Assembly: GCF_963921235.1 (NCBI RefSeq) | Contig: NC_086108.1 | Location: 31,312,001 to 31,376,000, forward strand | Length of the DNA stretch: 64,000 bases | Source: Mobula hypostoma | Lineage: Eukaryota | Direction: 5' to 3' | Shown: positions 12,768-25,933 of the stretch, one piece after another | Position numbering within the stretch: the stretch's first letter is position 1 | How the letters are laid out: every line of letters starts with the position of its first letter | The notes under the pieces: model-generated | Told to the model about the DNA's origin: nothing | What the model saw: only the letters and a program-made list of their open reading frames with translations | Database searches by the model: none | Made by a program: the position numbers and the translations under genes

Positions 12768-13084
12768 TACCTCTTCCTAGAGATGCTGCCTGGCCTGCTG
12801 CGTTCACCAGCAATTTTTATGTGTGTAGCTTAAGAAACTGTGTGGTTTAGTGCAGGGGAAGTGAAAGAGCACCAAGGAGAAGTGTTTTCTGACTGCTGTC
12901 GTTGAGTGGATTCCAAGAGAGGCAGAACAAACATAGCTTAAAACCATCAGCACTGCCCTGCTGCCCTAACACTCTTCTACCTAATTGCCTGTAGCTGCAC
13001 TATCAGACAACATATTGACCCTTAGTGAGTGGATTCTTCTAACCGAAAAACCATCAGCAAGTATTTCATGGAGAGTGCCATTAG

Positions 13085-13370
13085 TTCATTTATTTATTGA
13101 GAAACGATGATGAATAGGTTTTTCTGGCCCTTTGAGCTGCCCCACCCAGCAATCCCCCAATTTAACCCTAGCCTAACCACAGGACAATTTACAGTGAATA
13201 ATTAACCCACCAACCAGTACATCTTTGGGCTGTGGGAGGAAACTGGAGGACCCAAAGAAAACCCACACAACCATGGGGAAAATGTACAGACTCCTTACAG
13301 GCAGTGGCGGGAAATGAACTCAGGTCATTGATACTGTAAAGTGTGTGCTAGCCACTACCGTATTGTACCT
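13085..13370 (-). mobile_element. tRNA-derived SINE
   Basis: Reverse strand begins ggtacaatacggtagtggctagcacacactttacag (A-box-like), B-box-like agttcatttcc, body gtttcctcccacagcccaaagatgt. Confidence 0.7.
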
Positions 13371-13659
13371 TCCCATTTCTATGCTCCATTTATGTGTCTC
13401 TGCATCACTTTTTATTTTTGATTAAAATGCAGAATATACCACATACAAAATAGCATATTTACAACACTGACTATATTCCGCACCGGTCTTCCGCCATCTT
13501 AGCTCTTGTGTGTTAGTGGCAGCATGCCTATTACTGAATCAGATGTTTGTGGGTTATTGTGCTACTGCAGTAAGTTGAACATGAGTGCCTTGGCCAACAT
13601 CCAGTGCAGTTCTGAAGAACCGCAGCCCACTTTCAGATGACGTGCAAAGCCATGGCTGC

Positions 13660-14165
13660 ACTTGAAAAACAATGTGCAGTTCTGGTTGCCACACTAAGGA
13701 AAGATGTCATGAAGCCAGAGACCAAGGAAAAGAGATGCACAAGGATGTTGCCAGAACTGGAAAGATTGAGTTAAAAAGAGAGATAGATCAGCTGGGTCTG
13801 TTTTGCCCAGAGCACCAAAGGCTGGAAGGTGAGGTGATAGAGATTATATATGGATAGCCAGAAACTGTTCGCTGTAGCAGGGATGGCATTATTAGAGAAC
13901 ATAGCTTATGATGAGAGGAGGACATTTAAAGGGGATCTAAGGGGTAAGTTTTTAACACAAAGAGTATTCATTATCTGGAATGAGAAAGGATGGTGGAGGC
14001 CAGAATAGTAGCAATGTTTAAGAAGTGTCTAGACTGGTACTTCAGTGCAATAGACAGAGAAGGATATGGAAATATTGCAGGCAAGTGGGATTAGCATAGA
14101 TAAGCGGGATGGTCATCATAGACAAGATTGGCTGAAGGTTCTGTTTCTATTCTTCACAACTCCAC
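13660..14165 (+). mobile_element. Old CR1 3' fragment
   Basis: tgtgcagttctggt..., aggggtaagtttt..acacaaagagt, CR1-like 3' UTR. Confidence 0.65.
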
Positions 14166-14719
14166 GATCCCAAGAAGCTAGACTACAGCCAATTTGATTC
14201 ACTCTATACTGTACCAAGCAATGCTTGTGAATACTGGATGCAGCAAAGGTACAGGAACAGACCACTTCTCAGCCATAGTGCTGACGATCTGCATTCCCAA
14301 CTAGTCTTAAAACAAGTTATTTCAGGAAGGGAACACTGATGTTTATGTAACAACATGGAAAAAGAGTCACCAAATGCAGGATAAATCCAATGTAGCTCAT
14401 TACTGCCCAATCTGATGACTCTGAGTTATCAGCAAATTGATGGGAGATGCTATTAACAGGTGCAATGAAACAGTACTTACTCATCAATAACTGGCTCACC
14501 GAAACACACAGCTTTAGACCTCATCACAGCTCAGTCCAAGTGGAGAGGTGTTAGTGACTGCCCGTGCAATTAAGGTGGCATATAACCGAGTGTGGCATCA
14601 AAGGACCCTGGAAAAAAATGACATTAATGGTTATCAAAGGAAAAGCACTCCAATAACTCGAGTCAAACCTTGCACATGGGAGATGGTTTTGGGGGCTAGA
14701 GGCCACTCATCTCAGCCAC

Positions 14720-14945
14720 AGGACCTGTACAAAAGAGATAGGTTGCACCTGAATCTGAGGGGGGCCAGTATCCCTGCAGGCAGGTTTGCTAAAGATGTTG
14801 GGAGTGGTATAATCTAATATGGCAGGGGGATGGGAACCAGTATGATAGAGCTGAGGATAAGCCAGCAGGTTTACAAGTAGATGATTGGTGTAATATGAAT
14901 GTAAGGAAGGACAAGCCAATGATGGGTACAAATGCAGACAGTGCA
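14720..14945 (+). mobile_element. CR1 ORF1 C-terminus (SGNH-esterase-like); 5' part of the older CR1 continuing at 15620-15888 and 18367-20025
   Basis: DLYKRDRLHLNLRGASIPAGRFA matches DLFKKDGLHLNPRWTNILAGRFA at ~49450-49520. Confidence 0.7.
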
Positions 14946-15615
14946 TTGGAGCAGAATTAGGCCATTCAGCCCATCGAGGCTGCTCCACCATTCCATCTTG
15001 GCTGATCCCAGATCCCACTCTACCCCATACACCTGCCTTCTCACCATATCCTTTGATACCCTGACCAAACAGGAAGCTATCAACTTCTGCTTTAAATATA
15101 CCCACATATTTGGCCTTCACCACAGTCTGTGGCAGGACGTTCCACAGACTCACTATTCTCTGGCTAAAAAAATTTCTCCTTACTTCTGTCACCCCTCAAT
15201 TTTGAGGCTGTGCCCTCTAGTTCTGGATATCCTCAACAGAGGAAACATCCTCTGCTGATGATCAAGTCCTTTCAACATTCAGTTGGTTTCAATGAGATCC
15301 CCGCCATATTCTTTTAAATTCCAGTGAGTACAGGCCTAAAGCTAATAAATGCTCCTCATATGTTAATTCCTTCATTTCCAGAATCATCCTCATGAACCTC
15401 CTCTGCACTCTGTCCAAAGACAACACATCATTTCTAAGATATGGGGCCCAAAACTGTGAACAATACTCCTAATGTGCCTGACTAGTGTCTTGTAAGCCTC
15501 AGCATTATCTTTTTGTTTTTCTATTCTATTCCCCTTGAAATAAATGACAACATTGAATTTGCCTTTTTTACCACAGAGTTAATCTGTAAATGAATTTTCT
15601 GGGAGTCTTGCATGG
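14946..15615 (-). mobile_element. CR1 3' fragment
   Basis: Minus ORF EVRRNFFSQRIVSLWN; CR1 3' UTR. Confidence 0.85.
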
Positions 15616-15888
15616 GAGGGTACTTCAAAATGCAAAAGTATGAGGAAAACCAGGTTGGTGTAGGATTACAAGAGAGGGAAATTGTTGAATGCTTATGAGA
15701 TGCCTTTTTAGAGCAGCTTGTGCATAAGCCTATTCGAGGAAAAGCTATCTTAGATAGGGGATTGTGTAATAACCCAGATCATATTAGGGAGCTTAATGTA
15801 ATCGTATTAAGAAGCAGTGATCATAATATGATTGAATTCATACTGCAATTTGAGTAGGACAAGCATAAGTCAAATGTATCAGCATCAC

Positions 15889-18366
15889 GTAGATTGGGTG
15901 AACCAAATTTGTAAAGGTGCTGAGGAAGAGGATTTCTTGGAATGTATGCGGGATGGTTTTTTGAACCAACATGTCGAGGAACCAACTAGAGAGCAGGCTA
16001 TTCTAGACTGGGTTTTGAGCAATGAGGAAGGGTTAATTAGCAATCTTGTCGTGAGAGGCCCCTTGGGTAACAGTGACCATAATATGGTGGAATTCTTCAT
16101 TAAGATGGAGAGTGACATAGTTAATTCAGAAACAAAGGTTCTGAACTTAAAGAGGGGTAACTTTGAAGGTATGAGACGTGAATTAGCTAAGATAGACTGG
16201 CAAATGACACTTAAAGGGTTGACGGTGGATATGCAATGGCAAGCATTTAAAGGTTGCATGGATGAACTACAACAATTGTTCATCCCAGTTTGGCAAAAGA
16301 ATAAATCAAGGAAGGTAGTGCACCCGTGGCTGACAAGAGAAATTAGGGATAGTATCAATTCCAAAGAAGAAGCATATAAATTAGCCAGAGAAAGTGGCTC
16401 ACCTGAGGACTGGGAGAAATTCAGAGTTCAGCAAAGGAGGACAAAGGGCTTAATTAGGAAGAGGAAAAAAATTATGAGAGAAAACTGGCAGGGAACATAA
16501 AAACTGACTGCAAAAGCTTTTATAGATATGTAAAAAGGAAAAGACTGGTAAAGACAAATGTAGGTCCCCTGCAGACAGAAACAGGTGAATTGATTATGGG
16601 GAGCAAGGACATGGCAGACCAATTGAATAATTACTTTGGTTCTGTCTTCACTAAGGAGGACATAAGTAATCTTCCAGAAATAGTAGGGGACAGAGGGTCC
16701 AGTGAGATGGAGGAACTGAGCGAAATACATGTTAGTAGGGAAGTGGTGTTAGGTAAATTGAAGGGATTAAAGGCAGATAAATCCCCAGGGCCAGATGGTC
16801 TGCATCCCAGAGTACTTAAGGAAGTAGCCCAAGAAATAGTGGATGCATTAGTGATAATTTTTCAAAACTCGTTAGATTCTGGACTAGTTCCTGAGGATTG
16901 GAGGGTGGCTAATGTAACCCCACTTTTTAAAAAAGGAGGGAGAGAGAAACCGGGGAATTATAGACCGGTTAGCCTAGCATCGGTGGTGGGGAAAATGCTG
17001 GAGTCAGTTATCAAAGATGTGATAACAGCACATTTGGAAAGTGGTGAAATCATCGGACAAAGTCAGGATGGATTTGTGAAAGGAAAATCATGTCTGACGA
17101 ATCTCATAGAATTTTTTGAGGATGTAACTAGTAGAGTGGATAGGGGAGAACCAGTGGATGTGGTATATTTGGATTTTCAAAAGGCTTTTGACAAGGTCCC
17201 ACACAGGAGATTAGTGTGCAAACTTAAAGCACACGGTATTGGAGGTAAGGTATTGATGTGGATAGAGAATTGGTTAGCAGACAGGAAGCAAAGAGTGGGA
17301 ATAGACGGGACCTTTTCAGAATGGCAGGCAGTGACTAGTGGGGTACCGCAAGGCTCAGTGCTGGGACCCCAATTGTTTACAATATATATTAATGACTTGG
17401 ATGAGGGAATTAAATGCAGCATCTCCAAGTTTGCGAATGACACGAAGCTGGGCGACAGTGTTAGCTGTGAGGAGGATGCTAAGAGGATGCAGGGTGACTT
17501 GGATAGGTTGAGTGAGTGGGCAAATTCATGGCAGATGCAATTTAATGTGGATAAATGTGAAGTTATCCACTTTGGTGGCAAAAATAGGAAAACAGATTAT
17601 TATCTGAATGGTGGCCGATTAGGAAAAGGGGAGGTGCAACGAGACCTGGGTGTCATTATACACCAGTCATTGAAAGTGGGCATGCAGGTACAGCAGGCGG
17701 TGAAAAAGGCGAATGGTATGCTGGCATTTATAGCGAGAGGATTCGAGTACAGGAGCAGGGAGGTACTATTGCAGTTGTACAAGGCCTAGGTGAGACCACA
17801 CCTGGAGTATTGTGTGCAGTTTTGGTCCCCTAATCTGAGGAAAGACATCCTTGCCATAGAGGGAGTACAAAGAAGGTTCACCAGATTGATTCCTGGGATG
17901 GCAGGACTTTCATATGAAGAAAGACTGGATGAACTAGGCTTGTACTTGTTGGAATTTAGAAGATTGAGGGGGGGATCTGATTGAAACATATAAAATCCTA
18001 AAGGGATTGGACAGGCTAGATGCAGGGGGATTGTTCCCGATGTTGGGGAAGTCCAGAACGAGGGGTCACAGTTTGAGGATAAGGGGGAAGCCTTTTAGGA
18101 CTGAGATTAGGAAAAACTTCTTCACACAGCGAGTGGTGAATCTGTGGAATTCTCTGCCACAGGAAACAGTTGAGGCCAGTTCATTGGTTATATTTAAGAG
18201 GGAGTTAGATATGGCCCTTGTGGCTATAGGGATCAGGGGGTATGGAGGGAAGGCTGGTGCAGAGTTCTGAGTTGGATGATCAGCCATGATCATAATAAAT
18301 GGCGGTGCAGGCTCGAAGGGCCGAATGGCCTACTCCTGCACCTATTTTCTATGTTTCTATGTTTCT
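15889..18366 (+). mobile_element. Young 5'-truncated CR1 LINE (endonuclease C-terminus + RT), few disabling lesions
   Basis: [46 protein letters not shown]; (tttctatg)n tail; atcac duplicated at 15884-15888 and 18367-18371. Confidence 0.95.
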
Positions 18367-20025
18367 ATCACAATGGAATAAAGGGAATTACAGAGGCATG
18401 AGAGAAGAGCTTGCCCAGACGTATTGGAGGAGGATACTGGTGGGGATGACGGCGGAGCAGAGGTGGCTGAAGTTTCTGGGAATATTTTACAAGACACAGG
18501 ATACATACATCTCCCAGAAGAAGTTGTTCTCAAATGGCAGGCAACTGTAGCTGCTAAAAAAAGTTAAGGACTGCATAAAAGCCAAGGAAAAGGCATATAA
18601 GGTAGCAAAAGTGAGTTGGATGATTGGGAAGCTTTTAAAATCCAACAAAAGGCAACTAAAAAAGCCATAAAAAGGGAAAAGATGAAGTATGAGGGCAAAC
18701 TAGCCAATATTATAATGCAGGATACTAAAATGTTTTTTAGTTATATATAGAGTAAAAGGGAGGTGAGAGTTGATATTGGACCACTAGAAAATGAGGCTGG
18801 TGAGCTAGTAATGGGAACAGAGAAATGGTGGATGAATTGAATAAGTACTTTGCATCAATTTTCACTGTGGAAGACACTAGCAGTGTGCTAAAGGTCTGTG
18901 AGTGTCAGGAAGCAAGAGTGAGTCCAATTGCTATTACAAAGGAAAAAGCGCTAGGTAAACTGAAAGATCTTAAGGTGGACAACTCACCTGGACCACATGG
19001 ACTACATCCCAGAATTCTGAAAGAGGTTGCTGAAAAGATAGCAGAAGTAATAATTGTGATTTTTCAAGAATCACTCGATTCTGGCATGTTTCTAGAGGAA
19101 TGGAAAATTGCAAATGTCACTCCATTCTTTAAGAAAGAAGGAAGGCAAAAGAAAGGAAATTATAGGCCAGTTAACCTAACCTCAGTGGTTGGGGGAGTGC
19201 TGGAGTCCATTATTAAGCTTGAGATTTCAGGGTACTTGGAGTCAAAATCGACATGGCTTCAGTAAAGATAAATCTTCCCTGACAAATCTGTTAGAGTTCT
19301 TCAAGGAAGAAACAAACTGGGTGACAATGAGACACAGTGGATGTCATTTACTTGGATTTCTCTTATCCACAATTTAACAAGATAAAAATCCTCTGGTGTT
19401 ACAGGAAAGAGACTGGCATGGATAGTGGAATGGGTGACAGGCAGGAGGCAGTGAGTGGGAATAAATGGGGCCTTTTCTGCTTGGCTACCAGTGACTAGTG
19501 TTTTCCCTCAGCGGTCACCATTGGAACTGCTACTTTTCACCTTGATTGTCAGTGATTTGAATAATGGAACTGATGGCCTTGTGGCAAAGTTTGCAGATGA
19601 TATGAAGGTAGGGGGACGGGTAGGCAGTGCTGAGGAAGCAATGCGATTGCAGAAGGACTTAGACAAATTAGGAAAAAAGGTGGAAGATAGATTATAGTGT
19701 TGGGAAATGTATGATAATGCATTTTGGTAAAAGGAACAAAAGTGCAGACTATTATCTAAATTAAAATTCAAACATTAGAGGTGTAAAGGGACTTAAGAGT
19801 CCTCATGCAAAACTCTCAGAGGTTAATTTAGTTAAGGGACTACCCTTTAAAACAGAATTAAGGAGAATTTTTTTTAGCTAGAGAGTAGTGAATCTGTGGA
19901 ATGCTCCGCCACAGACAGCTGTGGAGGCCAAGACCGTGGGTATATTTAAAGTGAAAATTAATAGTTTCCTGATTGGTCAGAGCATCAAAGGTTATGGTGA
20001 GAAGGCAGGTTTATGAAGTTGAGTA
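18367..20025 (+). mobile_element. Older CR1 ORF2 remnant (host of the young CR1; 3' UTR resumes ~21110-21196)
   Basis: NSPGPHG, NYRPVNL, KFADDMK. Confidence 0.88.
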
Positions 20026-21108
20026 GACAATACACAATAGACAATAGGTGCAGGAGTAGGCCATTTGGCCCTTCGAACCAGCACCACCATTCACTGTGAT
20101 CATGGCTGATCATCCACAATCAGTACCCTTTCCTGCCTTCTCCCCATATCGCTTGACTCTGCTATCTTTAAGAGCTCTATCTAACTCTTTCTTGAAAGAA
20201 TCCAGAGAATTGGCCTCCACTGCCTTCTGAGGCAGAGTATTACAGAGATCCACAACCCTCTGCGTGAAAAAGTTTTTCCTCAACTCCATTCTAAATGGTC
20301 TACCCCTTATTCTTAAACTGTGATCTTTGGTTCTGGACTCCCCCAACATCGGGAACATGTTTCCTGCCTCTAGTGTGTCCAATCCCTTAATAATCTTATA
20401 TGTTTCAATCAGATCTCCTCTCATCCTTCTAAATTCCAGTGCATACAAGCCCAGTCGCTCTAATCTTTCAATATATGACATTCCCGCCATCCCTGGAATT
20501 AACCCAGTGAACCTACGCTGCAGTTCCTTCATAGCAAGAATGTCCTTCCTCAAATTTGGAGACCAAACCTGCTCACAATACTCCAGATGGGGTCTCACCA
20601 GGGCCTTGTACAACTGCAGAAGGACCTCTTTGCTCCTATACTCAACTCCCCTTGTTATGAAGGCCAACATGCCATTAGCTTTCTTAACTGCCTGCTGTAC
20701 CTGTATGATTACTTTCAGTGACTGATGAACAAGGACACCCAGATCTCATTGTACTTCCCCTTTTGCTAATTTAACACCATTCAGATAGTAATCTGCCTTC
20801 CTGTTCTTGCCACCAAAGTGGATAACCTCACATTTGTCCACATTAAACTGCATCTGCCATGCATCTACCCACTCACCCAACCTGCCCAAGTCACCCTATA
20901 TTCTTATAACATCCTCCTCACATTTTACACTGTCAGCCAGCTTTGTGTCATCTGCAAATTTGCTAATGTTACTTTTAATCCCTTCATCTAAATCATTAAT
21001 GTATATTGTAAATAGCTGCGGTCCCAGCACTGAGCCTTGCGGTACCCCACTAGTCACTGTCTGCCATTCTGAAAAGGACCCATTAATCCCTACTCTTTGT
21101 TTCCTTTG
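20026..21108 (-). mobile_element. CR1 3' fragment, relatively young
   Basis: Minus [26 protein letters not shown]; (acaatag)n tail at 20027-20047. Confidence 0.92.
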
Positions 21109-21844
21109 TTAGGATCCAGGATCGCCCATGATGGAGTTGTGGAGCAGACTCAATGGGCTGAATGACCTAATTCTGCTTCTATATCTTATGGTTTTATGGA
21201 AATTACTCCAGACATTCTTCAGGGCAGTGTCCTATGTCCCCCCCATCAGCTGTTTCAAGGCATTGATCTTCCTTTCATCATAAGGTTAGAAGCAGGGAAG
21301 GTTGCTAGTGGCTGCACAAGGTTTATTTCTATTTTGAGCTGCTCAAAAAATGAAGCAGCTCATGTCTGTGCACAGGGAGATCTGAACAAATTTCATGTAT
21401 GGGTTGTCAAGTGGTAAGTAACATTCATACCATAAAAGGCTGGGTAAATACCATCGCCACCGAGAGAGATTTAGCAGCTCCCCACAGTACCTAACGTTAT
21501 TGCATTGGCCAAGTCCCCCATCACATTTCACTGTGAATGCAAGGGCAGATTAGAAGTTAGATATCCTATGGAAAACAGGTCAACTCATGTCACTCCAACA
21601 TCTTTACACCCAATCGAAAACACAGGTCAGGTGCACAATGGACTATGCCTCATTAGTTTGGATGAGTGCAGCTCCAAAGACACTCAAAAAAATTCAATAT
21701 CATGCAGGACAAAGCCGACACCATCTACTACCCAAAGCCATTGATGGGGAGCTAAGAAATGATGTAGAGTGGCTGCAGTGTGCACAACTTCAAAGTACGT
21801 ACAAAGTATATTTATTCATTATTGAAGTATGTGTACAGTATACA

Positions 21845-23334
21845 ATAAGTCCTGGGTATGACTCTGAACTGCAACCAGTGATAAGGCTCTGACTGGGGAC
21901 TTTCAGAGCTTTGGGGAAAGTGGAGTTGCCCCTTCATTGCTCCCAGGACCGCTCTGACCCGGAATGGTAGCACCTGCGAGGGTTCCTGCTCAGGATATGA
22001 GCGAAGGCCAACGGCAGATCTGGCAGGTTCAGTAACTAAACTTATCATGGAGAAGGCGGCTGAGCTAGGACCTGAAATGTCAATGGCTATAGTACAGGCG
22101 GATGAACATTAGGGAAGATAAATGGCCATTTCGTTAGTTCGCCTGATGGACGGCAATAGCAAACCACCGTTGCTAGATACTAGGTTTCCTAGAATCTATT
22201 TGCTAAGGAAACCATGGTCAAACTGACAAAATGTATCACACAACAACAGCGTCAAGAGGATCTTCAAGACAATTCTGAAGATGCTTCGCTCGGTTGGGTT
22301 GATTCTGGGCAGCAGGAGATCCCCGACCGTCATCAAGCAACTGCTCATAAAATTCAGGTAACACAAAAGAAAATTATTGCCACTTGGAATGGAAGAACCC
22401 TATTTCAAGCAGGAAGATTGGACAATGTGTTAAATGAAATGGAAAAAAATGGATTAACATCATGGGAATTAGCGAAGTTCATTGGATAGGTGCTGGAACA
22501 TGTCAGAATAATAAAACACTAATTTATTCTCGTGGAACATCCCATACTAATGGAGTAGGAATTCTTATGGATGAAAACATGGCAAAAAGTGTTTTAGGAC
22601 ATTGGGCACTATCAGAAAGAGTGCTCCTTGTCAGATTCAGAGGACAACCATTTGATTAGCAATTATACAGGTATATGCACCAACAACAGATGGAACAAAT
22701 GAGGATATAGATAAATTCTATGAAGAGCTTGAACAAGCAAAGAATGGATGTAAATCTCAAGATATTGTTATTGTCATGGGAGATCTAAATGCTAAAGTAG
22801 GACAAGGTGCTGATGGAAATACCATAGGAAAATTTGGACTGGGGAAAGAAATGGAAGAGGTGAGAAATGGGTAGAATAGTGCAAGATGAATAATCAGGTC
22901 ATTATGAATACCTACTTTAAAAATCATCCAAGATGCTTGTGGACCTGGAAAAGTCCAGGTGATAACACTAGAAATCAAATTGACTTTATTACTATAAACC
23001 AAAGATTTAGAAACTCGGTGACTCAATGCAAAACATATCCAGGTGCAGACTGTAACAGTGACCATAACCCAGTAGTATGTCATGTAAAAGTGATGTATGA
23101 GATCATGAAAAGGCAACTTTGGACATGTGATTAAGAAAGTGGAGTTAGAATGCACAGTAATTATGGGAAAGATTGAAGGAAAAAAGCTAGAGGAAGGCAA
23201 AGAGAAATGATGATGGAGACAGCAGCCAGAGAACTGGAAATTAATACCAATGAATTGATCCACTTGACCCGAAACAGGAGCATGTGGGCCATAGCAGTCA
23301 AAGCTCAAACTGGGCATGACACCTAATGATCAGG
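21845..23334 (+). mobile_element. RTE-clade LINE, internally deleted (5' UTR + AP endonuclease joined to the 3' end, no RT)
   Basis: TSD acagtataca at 21835-21844 and 23335-23344; IATWNGRTL, GISEVHW, IIQVYAPT, MGDLNAKVG, NQIDF, SDHNPV, then IMKRQL and GKIEGKK; taatgat tail. Confidence 0.88.
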
Positions 23335-23679
23335 ACAGTATACAGTCTTGATATTCATCTTCTTGCAGGAAGCCACAGAAACAAAGAAACACAATAGAAC
23401 CCATTAAAAGAAAAACCCCACTCAACAAGAACATCAAATGCCCAATGTGTGAAAAAAACGATGGTGTAAACAATAAAAAGTCAACAAATAACATTAACCG
23501 CAGAGTCTCCAGTTCAGTGCTGAAGTGTCCCTTTCAATTCGCAATCAAAGCAATTAAACAAAAGCACATGGAACATGAATACAGAATCCCAAAAGTGAGT
23601 ACACGGCTGCTGAGTGTGTTCAGCACTGAGAGAAGGTAAACTCTGAAGTAAATGAATGGAAAGTCACAATAGTTGAGCA

Positions 23680-23965
23680 GTTAGCCTGATGCTATTACAG
23701 CTCAGGGCAATGGAGTTTGGAGTTTAATTCCGACACCCTCTGTAAGGAGTTCATACATACCTCCCAGTGAATGCATGGATTTCCTCCGGGTGATCTGGTT
23801 TCCTCCCACATTCCAAAGACATACTGGTTAATAGGTTAATTAGTTATTTTAAATTTTCCCTGTGATTCGGCTAGTGTTAAATTGTTGGGTTAGTAGGTGG
23901 TGCGGCTTAATGAGCTAGAAGAACCTGTTCTGCACTATATCGCTAAATAAACAAAAATAAAGCAA
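23680..23965 (+). mobile_element. tRNA-derived SINE
   Basis: gagtttaattcc B-box-like, gtttcctcccacattccaaagac body, A-rich tail. Confidence 0.7.
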
Positions 23966-25464
23966 ATAAAGAGATCCCCAAATATATAATTCTGCAACAT
24001 CCCACTGCTCCATCTCCATCAATGGTTTTGGACCAAAGTAAGTACTGAAATTAGAGATAGAAATGATACGTTTTGTAACTCCAAAACATAGAACTAATGG
24101 AAAGAAAAACACAGGAGATTTTTAATATAGTGAGGAGTGCACATATGACATGGTGGCATAATGATGTATGTCATTCATGTACTTTTACATATAACCCATA
24201 ATGAATTATGTAAACAAACAAAGAATGCTTAATCAAACAATATATATATACACACTACGAGAAACATAAGGTCCAAAATTCTGAACAGAAACTTGTGTTA
24301 ATTCTAACTGCATAGACTCAGGTTTTCAGCAACACTGTTTACAGAGCACTGTTTGGGGGCTGACTGCTCAAGAATTATGGCTTGGAAAGTGACCATTAGA
24401 CTTTCTCATTTGCATTAAAGAGAAGTAAGACCATAGGCTTATATTAGTTGGGCTGCATCAAACCAGGGAACATAGGCTGAGTTATTTTGTGCCATTGTGA
24501 CTGAGTTCAAGGAAGTTGGCCGATGAGACTGATGTTGTCACATAGCATATGAAACATGGTGCAATCAATAGTTGGAACATTGTACTCAGAATCAGCACTA
24601 AGAACATTAATTCTGGGTGACAAATATGTTCTTCTGGGGCTTCCAGCCGAGTACAGGTATCAATTTTAACTGACGCTTTTTAGGTGAAAGGGATCTCTGT
24701 CCCCAGAAGCTTTTAGAACATCTGTGTGAAATAATTTAATTGGCTTCTCCCTTGGCCTATCACAGGTGTTGGTAGCATTATGTCAATGACCTGGGATTTC
24801 AGTGGGGACTCTAGTTCTTCTTTGACTGTAGCTAAGGAGTGCAAAACTTCTTATTGTAAAATTGAGTTGTGGAAATCTCCCTAAGAGCCACAAAACTCTG
24901 AGGCATTGAGTTGAGTCCATGGCCCCAAATTGACATAGTCCTGACAATCCAGACCAATTGGTATTTGGTTTCTTCCACAGGTCTTTCAGGAGGCATCACA
25001 TGCACCATACTGTTCTGCAGCTTCCTGAAATCTTGTTTCATAATTCCACAATGCCATAAGCACTCCTCTGTCTATCTCTGACATTTCAGGCAGGGAGACC
25101 TGAGGATCATGTAAGATAGAAAACAAAAACAAAACTGCAGATGTAAATCTGAAATAAAAAACAGAACATGTTGAAAACAGTCAGCTGGTCAGGCAACAGA
25201 CAAAAGTAGGTTTAATATTTTGGGCTTGTGACCCTTCATGTGTCTTGGTCCTATAAGATGTTCAACTCTTAATTCACTCCATATACCGCATGGAGAAAAT
25301 GTTGGGGGAGACACGTGCTTGGCTGTGCTGGTACATTTTCAGTGGTTTCTCATTAAATTAAATGGAAGACAAAGAAACTCTGATGTCAGAGATTATCTGA
25401 TCCACCATTCCTTGCGTTTGATTGTGCCTTGTCTTGTACAAAGGAAAGATATATTCCAGTATTA

Positions 25465-25845
25465 AAAGTTAAAAAATTCAATGTAAAGTTTATTATCAGA
25501 GTGCATAAATGTCACCACATACAACCCTGAGATTCTGGGGGCATACTCAGCAAATCTATAGAATAGTAACTGTAAACAGGATCAATGCAAGAGCAAGAGC
25601 ATAATAGATAACAAACCGTGCAAATGTAAATATAAATAAATAGCAATAAATAATAAGAGCTTGAAATAACAGGATAGAGTCTTTAATGTGAGTTCATTTT
25701 GCTATGGGAACAACTCAATAGATAAGTGTATTTTCCTCTTTTGTTCAAGAGCCTGATGGTTGAGGGTAGCAACTGTTCTTGAGCCTGGTGATGAGAGTCC
25801 TGAGGCACTTGTACCTTCTACTTAATGGCAGCAGCAAGAAGAAAG
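25465..25845 (-). mobile_element. Rex1/Babar 3' UTR fragment
   Basis: aaagtttattatcagagt...ttcaagagcctgatggttgaggg, similar to the other Rex 3' ends here. Confidence 0.6.
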
Positions 25846-25933
25846 AATAATAATAATAATAATAATACTTTATTGAAACCAAGTGGAAAATTATTTTGTT
25901 ACAGCAGCAAAATTTAAAAACACACTTAGCAAT

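Larger units (their letters stand above)
11141..12825. mobile_element. Penelope-like element with inverted structure (minus arm 11141-~11660, plus arm ~11665-12825)
   Basis: TSD tagcttaagaaact at 11127-11140 and 12826-12839; GIY-YIG ORF VIYCVQCSRCGLLYIGET; arms are reverse complements over ~490 bp. Confidence 0.93.

Noticed and set aside
11162..12850. Several 120-155 aa ORFs (e.g. MLEFQATHIK..., MLVNAAGQ...), repeated at 43824-44177 and 60532-60873
   Set aside because: Sense or antisense readings of the low-complexity PLE 3' UTR; they recur only because the repeat recurs
13300..13370. tRNA-like sequence (also ~23680-23735 and ~54305-54380)
   Set aside because: SINE heads; no complete cloverleaf
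25110..25240. Degenerate PLE-terminus/hammerhead-like relics here (minus strand) and at ~56195-56295
   Set aside because: Catalytic core not recoverable; at most old relics
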